Origin: Eledone cirrhosa
Lineage: Eukaryota
Reading direction: 5' to 3'
Length of the DNA: 64,000 nucleotides
Assembly: GCA_964016885.1 (NCBI GenBank)
Contig: OZ024758.1
Coordinates: 2,790,001 to 2,854,000, forward strand
Numbering within the stretch: position 1 is the stretch's first letter; each line of letters starts with the position of its first letter. Shown here one piece after another: positions 42,773 through 56,479 of this stretch. A model generated the notes under the pieces. It did not search any database. It saw only the letters and a program-made list of their open reading frames with translations, and was not told the DNA's origin. The position numbers and the translations under genes are program-made.

Positions 42773-42962
42773 AACACGTATGACCCCGACGGCAGAGCTC
42801 AAGCCGTTTCGACGGCTATTTCCAGAATAGAAATAGCCATCGAAACGGCTTGAGCTCTGCCGTCCGGGTCATACTTTTTCCTATTACCCACTCTACTACC
42901 CTAAGTATTGAGTACTCTGGTGCGTTATGGTCCATCTGGTTCCTTACCACAATTCCTTCGTT
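42771..42962 (+). mobile_element. TA-embedded half-hammerhead fold-back element
   Basis: 45-bp arms 42778-42822 / 42830-42874, 7-bp spacer; pure (TA)n on both sides; same family as 33078 and 2498. Confidence 0.88.
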
Positions 42963-43045
42963 ATATATATATATATATATATATATATTTCATTTTTGAA
43001 TTAATTTTCCAAGATTTCTTATCTGAAATCGTGTGTTGAAACAGA

Positions 43046-43291
43046 TAGTGTTATACTTTGGGAGGGTCATGTTGCCAATAAAAAACACCCGCACCTGTTG
43101 GTGTCATTTAAATTTATTATAAATTTCCGGTTGGTTGGTTGATTCGATAACCGAATGGTTATTGACAATATATAAGCAACCATTCCGTTATCGAATCAAG
43201 CAACAAACCGGAAATTTATATTAAATTGAAGTGAAAACCAACAGGTGCATGTGTTTTTATTGGCAGCATGGCCCTCCCAAATTTAGCACTA
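43046..43291. mobile_element. Diverged fold-back element with about 115-bp arms
   Basis: Arms 43046-43160 and 43178-43291; single-arm relatives at about 24051-24130 and 40920-40975. Confidence 0.8.
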
Positions 43292-44698
43292 CATACCTAC
43301 CAACCTACATACATACATACAGTGCTAAATTAGGAACATCCTTGTTAAAGTATGATCTATTTAAAAAAAAAGAGAAGAATGTCTATTTATATATCTGCAT
43401 ATCTGTCTAACTGCCCAGTTGGGAGTTCTATAAATTATTATCAACTCTAATTGTGTATCTGTTATTAAATATGTAGGCAGAAGCTGGTCGTTGCAACTTA
43501 GAGAATGTTGCGTGCTAAGCACTGCCGATAACAATGCTCTTAATATTTAATATTTCCTCTACTTTCAAAATTAAAGATCTAACTTTCTAAATAAAAGAGT
43601 TAACTGATATGGAAAGACCGTTATCATTATTGCTGCATTCATCCCCAACAAACGCCATCAACCAGAAACATGATTATCAGTTACATACACATATTCTCTT
43701 AGCTATATTTTACCTCTCAACTGTTAAACGTGCTTTTCCTACACGAAATGTAAATTCTGAGCTCTATCACTATCGATGCATGTATTGCATATCAAAATAT
43801 GCATGAAATTTATTAATAAAGGGATTATATAAAGGAATTTGTACACATAGTAACAGCTTTTGATAAGAATGTTATTCATAATATAAATTTTTGCGGAAAT
43901 AATATTTAAAAATTTCTAATACGAGATATTTGTGTTATATTTTATTCTGAACAAAATCTTATTTTTCCAACAGAGAATCAAACTCCACCCTTCTAGCATA
44001 AACATCTAACTAACTTTAAATGCTCTAAATTTACACCCTGCCGTCGCTAAATTGGAGGGATACATTTGTTATGATAATCCTAGAGAAGACTTTGGTGGTC
44101 ATGACTGGAGCATTCCTAATTAAACGTCCTGTAATCTGAAGCTTAAATACATCGTTTAAATGAAGAAGCCTCCGAGTTTATCTCCAACTAATCAATCGCA
44201 TCATGTCATCTTATATAACATTACACATTAGATATTTTAAACATTCATAATTCTAAAAGGTGGGTCAGTGCGGGAATGCCTACCTTCAGTGGTCTGTTCC
44301 TTCAACGTCTGACCATATTAGAAAAGCTCATTTTCTACACTATTCATTAACTCAATACTTTAAAACATGTACTGCAACGTTCGTCCATTGAATTTGAATT
44401 CACTAGAACATTTTGTTATAGTTACATTTCTTACTGAAATCTGAGAGCGGCGCACTCTGAAAACCCACATTTTTCTTCTTAAAATGCAATTGGATTCTTA
44501 AGATACAAGACATCACAATCTCAATTTTTGAAAATCATGAAACCGTGCAACCGTTAAAGTCTTTGTAAAGAAACCTTACTAAAATCTACAATCTCCGCAT
44601 TTTCAACATTTTTCCTATATTTTTCCTCGTGTGGGATTTAAAAATCGCCTACTTTCTCATGTATGTATATATATATATATATATATATATTTGCATAG

Positions 44699-44754
44699 AG
44701 GAGTGTCGGTGATGAAAGATTAATTAATCTTGAAACACCGGTGTCTGGCATCCT
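44699..44754 (+). ncRNA. Type I hammerhead ribozyme, C3G variant
   Basis: aggagtgtcg-GTGATGA-aagattaattaatctt-GAAA-caccggtg-TC-tggcatcct; stems II and III both perfect palindromes; GUC site; just after (TA)n. Confidence 0.8.
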
Positions 44755-44909
44755 ACACCTAATTAACCACACAGTATGTGTATGCTTATATTCAGTGACA
44801 AATAAGGAAAAATCATTTTCATTACGAATATGTTTCTTAGATAGAGATGCTATACGTTTATTGTATATAAACATATAGCATATGTGTATAAAAAAATTTA
44901 TATACACCC

Positions 44910-44953
<44 letters not shown>

Positions 44954-46034
44954 CGGATGGAGCTCAGTCGTCGGGCTCCTGACTATTTTCCTCCCTCTGT
45001 CTCTCTTTTTTCACACACACACACACTGTGTGTGTGTGTGTACATACACACATAACTTTCCGCAGCAATTATTTCCTAATATTAAAAGAATTACAGACGA
45101 ACGTGTGAGGACATTGAAATAAGTTATCCTCTCCTTTTTATCGTGTTTAAATAATTATATTGTTTAAATAATTAATTCTAATTACCGTCTCTGGGGACAC
45201 CTTTTAGTGCTGCAGCTTGATACCTTCATAGTTTTTATTAGTCCTACTCTTGCTTCTTCTGCCGCACATGATGTTTGTTTTATTATAGTTAATATATTTC
45301 TTTGTTGATAGTTTGTTAATGTACTTTGGTGTTTATGGCGTTTGTCGTTGGTTTGTCAGCACGTTTGTTTCTCTTCTATAAATTCTACATTATTGATGTT
45401 ACTATAATTGAATGTTTTGTCAGTTATTCATCATCTTTTTAATATCTTTATAGTTTTCCCCCTTGTTTTTTTTTTCAAAATGATTCGTTGCTTTGGGAGT
45501 TATTATATTGAATTTCATCACAATCTTTTTTATTGTTCTTTACACACCAGTGAACCCTTTTCAAGTGAAACCACCGATGAAAGACCTTCAAGCTATAGGG
45601 GAACCAACCTCTTCCTCAATCAGTGCAACAAAGGTTATATTATACAATAAATTCATCGGTTTTAAGTCGATTATATTTTATCTTACTCAATATGGTGTTT
45701 TTTCTAGCTTGTCAAGTGACCCTGTGGAGGTATGCAAGCAGGGTTTAGTTTCATATGTCTTAATATTCTGTTTATCGTTAGCGTCAGATCTGGACATATG
45801 TTTAGCCAGAACTAGTAACATTTGTGAATATTCCGTCCTTTGTATCAGCAGGAATACCGTCACACCAGGAGCCCTGTGTTTTTAGGTGGGTGACTGCAAT
45901 CTTTACGTCCACTAGGGAGAGGGATGCATCCAGATCAGTTTTCATCTAATGGGTCTTATTGTTTTGTTTAAGACTATGGTATAAAGCAGATTTAGCTACT
46001 AATTCTAGTTTATATTACAAGCGGCCTATATGGG

Positions 46035-46345
46035 TGTCTTCTGGATGGTCTTTTGGATAACGTTACTCGACAGAGTGCGTAGCTCAGAGATCAGAGAATC
46101 ACGTCAGGTAGAGCCGCTACTTTTCCGAATTGAGAGATCACAGCTCCGATATTAAGGGAATGTGGAAAGAATAGCTGGCCAGATTTTACGGCAGGAAACT
46201 AACCGGCAGGAGACCCAGGTGTAGACCCCGAGCAAAATGTTTGTACAACATCGACGAGCTTGGCTGGTCTCGCTTGGGGACCAGGCAGGATAAGTTGGAG
46301 ATAGTTGCTTCTGACAGGACTCGCTGGAAGGAGTGTTTCATGACT
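46035..46345 (+). mobile_element. RTE-clade (Expander/Rex3-like) LINE 3' fragment
   Basis: ITLLDRVRSSEIRESRQVEPLLFRIERSQLRY*G...GRRPRCRPRAKCLYNIDELGWSRLG..DRTRWKE. Confidence 0.88.
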
Positions 46346-46773
46346 CTTACGAACCTCTTAGGAATATGTGCGCGCAGAAGAAGACCAATAAGAAGACCAA
46401 CAACTAGCCACTTGGTGATCTCGTCTAATGCCACCAAAATACCAATAAATATACTAGTGTAGGCATTTGGTAAAGTAATGCACACACAATCTATTTGAAA
46501 TATTACATAGGCTTAATCACATGTTGATAATGAGAGCTTAAGAATAAACCTTAAAATTGTGTGGGCTTCTATTAAAAATATTTCTTCAATCCCGCATTTT
46601 ATGGGCCTCTCTTTCTTCCTATCTAATAAGTATTGCCGCCTTTTTAATTGAGTTCACGGTTTAATTCAGGATAAATCTGGTTTTTAGTTTTGAAAGTCCA
46701 TGGATATCTACAAGATCTCCGATTAGTCGAAACAGTAAATTGGAAAGAGTGTTATAATGGATTAAATAATAAT

Positions 46774-46958
46774 TGTTTCTACTTTAGGCACAAGGCCAGC
46801 AATTACCCAGTACATTACTGGTACTTTATTTTATCGACCCCGTAAGGATGAAAGGCAAAGTCAACCTCGACAGGATTTGAACTCAGATTGTAAAGGGACG
46901 TAACTATGCTGGAAAGCATGACGTCCGACCCTCTACCGATACTGCCAATCCACCGCCC
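46774..46958 (-). mobile_element. Full-length SINE (short subfamily) with 18-bp TSD
   Basis: TSD aatggattaaataataat at 46756-46773 and 46959-46976. Confidence 0.94.
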
Positions 46959-47159
46959 AATGGATTAAATAATAATGATGAGAAATTGTGTGTATACATC
47001 TATTATCTCCAATATGTTAGGTACTACTAACGACTATCTTACCACATCTGACAATCAAAAATCCACAGAATTCAAAATTCTTTATTAGAATTGGATAATA
47101 GTTAGGACAGTAATTTAATATAGAAGAATAACTGTTAATCCGATAAATTGCACAAATGC

Positions 47160-47192
<33 letters not shown>

Positions 47193-47410
47193 CCTATCTA
47201 CCTACATATCTACCCATCACTATCAAACTCTCCATCCATCTATCTATCCATGAAACTCTTCATCTATATATCTATCCATCTGCCTACCTATCTATCTATA
47301 CAACCATCGATCCATCACCCTATCTATCAATCTCTCCATCAACACACCTACGTACCTACCCGTCTACCTATCCAGGAATCTCTCCACCCACCTACCTATC
47401 TCTACAGCTC
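47160..47410. repeat. Degenerate (CTAT/CCAT)n repeat
   Basis: Direct inspection. Confidence 0.85.
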
Positions 47411-48555
47411 CCCACCCCAGCTTGATTAATAGCAGATTAGTCAAGAAATTCAATAAAACTGAACAATCAGCAAAAATGTAATTGCTTCACAACTGTATAT
47501 ATTGTAAGAAAAAACTAGTGTGTATAAAATTATATATATGTAGCTAAATATAAACATACATACATACACATTCGCGCACACACACACCCACATATGTGCA
47601 TATATATATATATATATGAGTGTTTAGTATACATACATAAATATGTGCGTGTAGGTATACATTTGTATATATATATGTGCACATGATAACATTCGCAGGC
47701 ACATATACATATGCACACACTTACACACATACTTATATATGAACATATTATATATATATATAACTACAAAGGCATCATCATCAACACTCACAACAAAACA
47801 TCAGTAATTTAGAGAGAAAATACCCCCCCCCCAAAAAAAAAAACGAAAACTAACACTAACAATTAATAACAAAACAAAACAAAATAACTTATTGGAAACC
47901 GAAAAAACAAACACACAAAACACACATGAATATAAAACAGAAACACAAATATAAATACAAAAAATACCCCCCAAATCCTCCAAAAATCTTCCAAAAATCT
48001 ACATAAAACAACAATAAAAACACCAATGCCTACTGTTAAAAATACTAGGAAAATAAGGCCAGGAAAATGAACTTTGGCGACGAAAGAGAAACTAGCTTTC
48101 ATTTATTTGTCACATTTTCTCTTGTATTATTCACCTTCTGTTGAAGTGCTTTGCTTTATATTTTATTGTTATATACATTATCTGTCAAAATGTATTTATT
48201 TTTAAAATTGTAATTCAATTTTTCCTCTAGAGAACAGCAAGATTGCTTGGAATATAAGGTTATTGACACACACATTATATATATATATATATATACATAT
48301 TATACACACACATATGTATATATACACATATGTATATATATATGCATTATACACACACATGTATATATACAGACACATATATGTATATATACACATATAG
48401 ACATATATATATACACATATAGACATATATATGTATATATATACACATATAGACATATATGTATATATACACATAGATGTATATATACACACACATATGT
48501 ATATATATATATATATATATATACACATGTATATATCTCTATATATATATATACA

Positions 48556-48613
<58 letters not shown>

Positions 48614-48886
48614 CACGTGCATATATATGTATGTATATATTGAGAGAGAGAGAAAGGGGTGAATGTTTGTGATTGAGTGTGTATGTCTCTATGTATGTAC
48701 ATACATGATTGTCTTTAATGAAAAATCCACCTTATTGCTACAGAGAAATCAATACTATTTGAAAGGAAAAGAATAAAGAAAATATTTATTGCAGGACATT
48801 CACCCCTTGACTACAACAAAAGATAATTCAATCACAGTTGAGCTGTGAATTGGACGTACACAGATACACACACATATTGTGTGTGT

Positions 48887-48924
<38 letters not shown>

Positions 48925-49069
48925 CTATATGTATGTGTGTGTTTGCCTGTGCCCACCCTAGATAGATAGGTGTATGTACCTATATATACACATATATTTA
49001 CATGCATACATATATATTTAAACATATATATTTCAAAAAATTTAGACACTCATGTGTGTATATATATAT

Positions 49070-49157
<88 letters not shown>

Positions 49158-49427
49158 GTGTGTGTGTGTGTGCGTGTGTGTGTGTGTGTGTTCATTTAAG
49201 GCACGCGCTATTTAGGATAAGCTGGGAATCGAAAATTATGACTATGGAATTAGGACGTTTCGTAGTAATTTGAGTACAGACAATATTTAAATATTAGGGG
49301 ACAAGAAAATCCATAACCGGAAAAATCGCCAATTTTACCGTTATGGGGAATTCATAATCCCTAATATTAGACCCAGTGCTCTAGTCAATATATGACGAGA
49401 GCTTCTAATTCTATTTCCATATATATA

Positions 49428-49638
49428 TAACGTTTTGGATGCTAGTCCTTCATTAGAAGAAAGAAGGAGACATTAATTAGATTGAAGGGACGGGCAGAGC
49501 GGAATCGGAAAAAATATTTTTAGACATATATATATTTATCTGAAACTAATTTTTCCGATTCTGCCCTCTCCGTCCCACCAATCTATCTTATTTCTCATTC
49601 TTTCTTCTAATGAGGGTCTAGCGTCCGAAAAGTTAAGA
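49428..49638. mobile_element. Diverged fold-back with a decayed hammerhead in each arm
   Basis: Arms about 49428-49525 / 49538-49635; + strand tctt-CTAATGA-gggtctagcgtcc-GAAA-ag-TT-aaga at 49603-49638; mirror arm also reads CTAATGA. Confidence 0.72.
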
Positions 49639-49984
49639 CCCTCTTCAGAAGGTTAAAGTTATATTTGTGTATATACAGAGTAGGCAAATGAGACTGTGCT
49701 AATGTATTTACAAATACGAATTTCACATTATATTGAAAATACAGATATAACTTTATCATAAAATTCGAGTGTATAACTCCCCAGAACAGATTCAAATGAA
49801 TATATATACTTATATACACTTTATTATACTACTTCCTGTTGTCAAAACTTATGGTAAAATCTAACAATTTCAAACTTCACTCGCTCCTGTGCAATAAACA
49901 GACGTGCTTTGTTGATTATATATATATAAAGTTGTTACACAATGGTTATAACAATGTCCATTGGTGAACTAACTATGTCCATTA

Positions 49985-50045
49985 CGAACTGAGGATCCGC
50001 TAAGGTGAAACAATTGTTCTCGGTATGGTGAACTAACTGTTGTGT
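49985..50045 (+). ncRNA. Hammerhead of the 36674 family, non-folded copy
   Basis: cgaa-CTGAGGA-tccgctaaggt-GAAA-caattg-TT-ctcg, then gtatggtgaactaactgttgtg matching the reverse complement of about 36680-36741. Confidence 0.72.
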
Positions 50046-50527
50046 TAGTTCCTGATATGTGTATATATTTATATATATATATATATATATGTGTGCGTGT
50101 GGGAGAGTGTGTGCACGTGTGTACATAACTTGTTATTTATTGCTTTAAAAATGGTCTCGATTTGGTGTATTGCCTCATATAATGTCGTAAAGATAAAGAG
50201 AGAATTTAGATAAGGAAAATTAAACACGCAAAAAAAGAAATATAAAAAGTCTAATAGAAAAAAAATACAAAAGAAAAATAAAATGAAATAAAATAAGTAA
50301 AAACGATAAAATGTCTCATTCTGATATTTATTGTGACGTGGAATGTTCTGGAGAAAATGGGGTCTCTATGTTGATAAAGATGGCGGCTGTGGAATGTTAG
50401 TGCTGTTGCACATAAGGCTCTATCAGGTTAACTATGATATTAGGTGGGGTTGGCCAGGGGTGGGGCGCTCATTGTGGGGGAAGATTATCAATTTTATCCT
50501 GATGTAAATATTGTTGAGACCCATTAA

Positions 50528-51610
50528 GATGATGATTGTGATAATGATGGCGGTGATTATGATTGTTTAATGGCGATGATGATGATGATTTTGATGATGA
50601 TACTGATGATGATACTGATGATAATGGTGATGATGGCGGTGACTATGATTGTTTGATGATGAGGATGGTGATGATGATACGGATGGTGATGAGGGTGGTG
50701 CTGGTGAAGGTGATGAAATTGGTGATAATAATGGCGGTCATTATAAATATGTTTGATGATGACAGTCGATGATGATGGCAATGATGATGGCGATGATGAT
50801 GATTATCATTGATGATGGTTGGGATGATGGTGATGGTGATTATAAATATGTTTGATTGTAGAGGTGATGATGATAATGAGGGGTGGTTATAAATATGTTT
50901 GGTGGTGGTGATGAGGGGGATGATGATGATGATTATGTTAATGATGATGATTGTTATAATGATGGTGGGTATAAATATGTTCCTGTCGTTTGTTATGAAG
51001 GCAATGGAGATAAGAGGACTGCTGCTGATTACAATTACATTGCTGCTGTTCATGTTGTTACTAGTGATGATGATGATGATAATTAAGGTAATGAGATGAT
51101 GGTGATGGTGATGATGATAATTAATGTATTGATGGTGATGCTGGCGATAATTAATGTATTGATGAGAGTTAATGTAATGATGGTGATGATGGCGATGATG
51201 ATGATAATGACGTTAGTGACGATGATAATGATTTTGATGATGATGATAATGACGAAGATGTGGATCATGAGGATTTTGTTGATGATGATGATGGTGATGG
51301 TGATGACAACCATGATGTTTGTGATGATGATGCAGCTGCTGCTGCTGCAAAGCTGATAATTATGACGAAGATGATGCTGATGTCGGTCATGATTTTGATG
51401 TTGATGATGGAGATGATGACAGCGATGATTGTGATGCTGCAAAGATCATAATAATGATGAAGATGATGATTTTGACAATGATGTTGATGATAATGTTTGT
51501 GATGCTGATGTCGGTTATGATAATGATGTTAACGGCGATGATTATGCTGCCTCAAAGATGATAATAATGACGAAGATGATGATGCTGATGATGACGACAA
51601 CGATGAAGTG
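50528..51610. repeat. About 1.1-kb degenerate (GAT)n tract
   Basis: Direct inspection. Confidence 0.92.
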
Positions 51611-53295
51611 GATAATTATTTGACATTGAATATGTTATTGGTGCCCGTGCTATTGTTTCATAGAATGTTTGCTCATAATGAAAAAAATATATATATATGA
51701 CAGAAAAATAAACCTCCTACAAAAATAAAAATAAAAAGAACTCTGTTATTATGAGAGAATATGACTGGCAAAAAGTAAAAACAGAAATAACGAGAACTAA
51801 GATGGAAGAGTGGGCTGGAGATTGGAATCGCCATAGAAAACAATCTGTTCAAGTGTAATTAAGAAATATATGTTTCTCTACATTGAAAGTCTATGCTGGA
51901 TTGAACTAAAGAAAATGTGGAAGTAAGCTATTACTGGTAAAACACTGCTACTAGAAATTTGTATTGGTGCTCCGAGATAGCGTTAAACATATGAGTATAT
52001 GTATTGTATGTTTAACAATATATGGTATGCTTATGGAAAAAACATTTTAAAACCTCTCGTTATGACATTTAAGGTAGTGATAAACATCACACACCTAGCT
52101 TCAGTAAAAGCAGGGGCAAGTAATCCAGGTTTCTCACTCATATGTGGTTGCCAAGACTACATACCCCTCCGCCTTTGTTGAAGCTAAATTAAGCTGATTT
52201 ATTATAGAATCCCGCTTATGTTTATGAACTGTTGAAACTCATTTGCGCTAGCCGGCCCAGCATCAATTAGAAATTTGTATTGGTGCTCTGAAATGAATAT
52301 GTAGGCTTTATACCTACGACAAAAATATTTTTACTTAATTAAAATTGCTTCTCTCACTATGTGAAATCAATCATGTATTTATACAGAAGACACTCCATTA
52401 TAATTTTACCCAGTCATTATTACCAATGTATCATATATATCTTGGATGCTAGATACATTAACGAGTAACCTCCCATTGGAATATCTACATCAGTGCTGCT
52501 ACATTAATCAAAGTATATAGATTTAAGTGTTTTGGTTACAGAAAACACTCCATTCGTTCTGTAGAATTTGTTTGGAGAAGTTTAATGTATTTTGTATTAT
52601 ATTTCAAATGAATTGAAAATAAGATATTAAAAAAATATTTCTTTTTAAAGAAAAAATATTTGAGAAATAGAATGTAAATATGAGTAATATTTTATGATAT
52701 GTAATAATAAGGGAACCAGTGTTATACAATATCCCTGAAGTGATAAATGTTGAAATGAAAATGTCATTGTTAATGTACACCCACCCACACATGAAAAGTA
52801 TATTGTAATTCGAAATATTCAATAAACTTTCCTCCAGATATAAACTTACTCGAGAAATACATTTTCCTAAGTAAAGAGAGGATAGTGAATAGGAATATGT
52901 TTATTCTTGCAACTGTATTTACATTCTGTTTCAGATAATAAGAAATATTTTTTTGTGTGTATGGGGTGGAGGGTGGTGACAATTGAAAATATTATTCAAG
53001 TGAAGAGATTTTCATTTATCATATTTTGAGTTTTAAGATAAAAATCTAACGAAAATAAAATGAAAAAATATAAATCTTTATCATGAAACAGAAAAAACAA
53101 ACAAACAAATATATTGGAAATACACAAAGCAGATTGGCTACTGTAACGACTTCACGCATGCGTATTTCTGACACGGGGATCAGTTAAAGAAGCACACATC
53201 CTTTGAATCATTTCTGTTTCATATTTGAAAAGTGGGTTTTAAACCTGAAATATATGATGTTGTGATATAATACTGGCTAAAACATGTTTTGTTTT

Positions 53296-53335
<40 letters not shown>

Positions 53336-53383
53336 GCGTATATCTCTCTCTCTCTATATATATATCTATCTACATCTCTCTCT

Positions 53384-53420
<37 letters not shown>

Positions 53421-53432
53421 CTATTCCGTTTA

Positions 53433-53468
<36 letters not shown>

Positions 53469-53989
53469 GTGTATAACATTACATACGCAACGAGTAATTT
53501 AATTACTACTACATTTTAAGAGAAAATCATTAGCAACTACATCGCAGAAGCGAATTCTCTTCTTTCATCTATTTTCATGTCTCACTTTTATCTTCTTTCT
53601 CGCCTTTTATCTGCTATTTACGAAAAAAAAAAAAAAAAAAAACCCGCCAGCTACGACAAACTTGTCAGTATCGACTTCTGTATTACTGTCCTTGCTATCC
53701 ATATTCATACCATCATTTTCACCATCATTATCAACTGTTTTTATGGTTGTGATTTTAGTCATCATTTACCATGTTTTTTTTATCTCGAACAAAAACATTA
53801 AATCCTCATCAAGATGACAAGAAAAAAAATATCAAAAAATATGGGGTAATTTTTCAGAGTGATACTAACAGTATCAATATCTTTATAGGCAAAAATCAAC
53901 TGCAATGTTAATAACCAATATCAATCTTGTCCAGAGACAATAACAACAGTTTTAAAACCATAATTATATATAGAAAGTCCCCTACTTAC

Positions 53990-54067
53990 GAACATTCCAA
54001 GCGGCCGTTCTTTTGCTGATCGTCTAACACAGCACGTACCAGAAAGCCCATGTACGTTACATTCACA
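53990..54067 (-). pseudogene. Candidate 78-nt exon of an unidentified, possibly decayed gene
   Basis: Flanked by ctgcAG and GTAAGT; phase 2-2 reading VNVTYMGFLVRAVLDDQQKNGRLEC; weak polypyrimidine tract. Confidence 0.35.
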
Positions 54068-54088
54068 CTGCAGGTTTATATATGAGTG

Positions 54089-54132
<44 letters not shown>

Positions 54133-54195
54133 TATATGTATGGATTACTGTTGGCTTCTTGCTCGCATTAATTTCTCTATTTTCATTTATATATA

Positions 54196-54245
<50 letters not shown>

Positions 54246-54304
54246 CTTGTGTTCATCAATGCGGTGTCCGCATAAGGACATTTCCATTCCAAGGAGTAAA
54301 ATGC

Positions 54305-54345
54305 CTGCTGACGACGCGAATCCTGCCAAAATACGCTGTGTATAG
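54305..54345 (+). ncRNA. Degenerate hammerhead candidate
   Basis: ctg-CTGACGA-cgcgaatcctgcc-AAAA-tacgctgtg-TA-tag; G12A; inside a 340-bp unique block between (TA)n tracts. Confidence 0.45.
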
Positions 54346-54573
54346 TAACATTACATAATTTCTATACATAATGCCCTTCAGGCCAGCGACGCTAGATCGA
54401 AATCATAGAAACTTGTCCATCGTTCCGGGTAACTCAAATTCCCAAACCACACGAAGCTATCTTCCTTACTGACTAACGGTTAGGTTCGCATTTTAATAAT
54501 ACCGGGTTAGTTAAATTATTGAGTGAGAAAACGACCGAAACTATGCCCATTCTATTCCATAAGTTTCGTTCCA

Positions 54574-54617
<44 letters not shown>

Positions 54618-54900
54618 CATAAGAACAATCTGTTCTTATAATAAATATTTGCTCTACGGGTTTATATATATATATTACATATAATCCTTATTACTGTATA
54701 AAACAAGTTGGTGTTGGGCAGAACAAAGGAGAGACAAAATAAAAACCCAATCTATATATATATATTAGAGAAAGACAGCTATTTCAATTATATTATACTA
54801 TAAACAGCTCAATGCATTACAACGAGAGAGAGAGAGAGAGAGAGAGGAAATGAGTGTTCACTTCATATATATTTCGAGCAGAAGAAAAGCCACCCAATAC

Positions 54901-55020
54901 CTGGAATCTAGATGACTGAAGTTAATTGTGTGTTGTACATCCACAAGATATGTTAAGTTTCTGTCAATATTTTCTTCAATGAAAATAATTTCTTCAAATA
55001 TTAATTCCCTGGGTTCCTCT
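54901..55020 (-). pseudogene. Candidate 120-nt exon, phase-compatible with 53990-54067
   Basis: aatAG ... ccag|GTATTG; open frame EEPRELIFEEIIFIEENIDRNLTYLVDVQHTINFSHLDS. Confidence 0.3.
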
Positions 55021-55082
55021 CTATTATTCACCGAAATTACAATTGTATATAATAATAATGTTATCATTAATAATAATAATAA

Positions 55083-55153
<71 letters not shown>

Positions 55154-55964
55154 CAAGTATAAGCGCCACACATATTATTCCAGAATCTCCGTATGTATAT
55201 GTCTACACACAGACACAGATAGGTAGAGAGAGATATTAAAGTCCTCATACAGAAACAAGCACACACATTCACAGAAATTAAAACACTAATACACAAACAT
55301 GTGCACACATAAACATCTGTGTACATATTTGTAGTTGCATGCACTTGCGTTCATGTCCATCGCCACATATCCCAGTGTTCATGGCAAATGCCGATTCCTT
55401 TATCAAATATAATGACATAAATATCCGAACGAATAATAAACTACAGAAGAAATCTATTATTAATAATGTTTCTCATGAAAAGAATTGAGTCTTTTAAAGA
55501 AGAAAAGAGATTTGAAAATCCACTCACAACATAAATATAATATAATGCGATAGGGTAGTGTCTCCGACTTTATCTATTTACTCACCAAAATCTATTGAAA
55601 ATCACGCAATTATCGTGAAAATATGTCCTCAATTGTACGTAAATATTATTTGATATTAGGAAAGCAAGCAGTAACAAGTAGAAAAATGTTATAATTACCA
55701 CGAATTTCTCCATCGATTGTTGCCAATGTTATCTTGCATAAACAGTATTATTTTGTTTTGACCAAATATGTTACAGAAATACATTCTTTATACATCACGT
55801 ACATTCCATGGTTCTCTCTCCATATGGGATAATTATTGAAACATGTTTATGTTTATGAATATTTTTTCTAATCCTACTCACACCTTTCTCCTCTACACAT
55901 TTATATTATCCACCCACATATTAATCTATCTCTTCTTGCATGTTCGTAGGCCAAATGATGCAAA

Positions 55965-56322
55965 CCGATTTGGGTTATTTAGTTTCTCCTGCTTCAACGT
56001 ATTCAGAACAAAAGTTAGCGACATCTGACTGTGAAAGAAATACGTGCCAGCCTCCCACGCATATCTCTCGTTGCACGTAAAAGGACGATTTGCTGGCTAC
56101 TCCCATCGCGCCACCTATAACGCTGTGTCCCCATTAGTGCTTTAGAAACCACCAGCAGTCACTAATAACAGGGGGCGCAAGCTTTCCTATCCCGATGTCA
56201 TCTTCAGAGATTCTGGAATTGAAATCCAGGATTTGGTAGCGGCAATGAACGACAGACCCACGTGGAGAACAATTGTTGAGTCGATATCGGCTGAGGCTGC
56301 CGGATGATGGCGATGATGATTT
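55965..56322 (+). mobile_element. RTE-1-like LINE 3' fragment with (GAT)n tail
   Basis: LLQRIQNKS*RHLTVKEIRASLPRIS/RFAGYSHRA..VSPLVL*KP..RGRKLSYPDVIFRDSGIEIQDLVAAMNDRPTWRTIV. Confidence 0.85.
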
Positions 56323-56479
56323 AGCTTTGTTCAAATCCTGTCAATACTATCGTTGCCTGTTAGATAAAAGGAAACAGTCAGTTTGTGATGTTGTGATATA
56401 TACTGACCAAAGATTACTTTAAATTTCTGTTCTTATCCCCAATGCTAGAAATCAGTATTTTTATTATTATCATATTATT

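Noticed and set aside
50557-51451. Asp/Met/His/Ile-rich ORFs
   Set aside because: Degenerate GAT trinucleotide repeat; likewise 5506-5861 and 17734-17985.
53140-54067. Reeler-domain reading (GFLVRA...TH...KDVCFFN*SP)
   Set aside because: Needs both a frameshift and a stop read-through; no better supported than the FN3-like reading.
54025-54073. Wnt-like CECNVHGLSGTC peptide
   Set aside because: Spacing differs from CxCHGxSGxC, the following TCW is absent and no other Wnt exon is visible.
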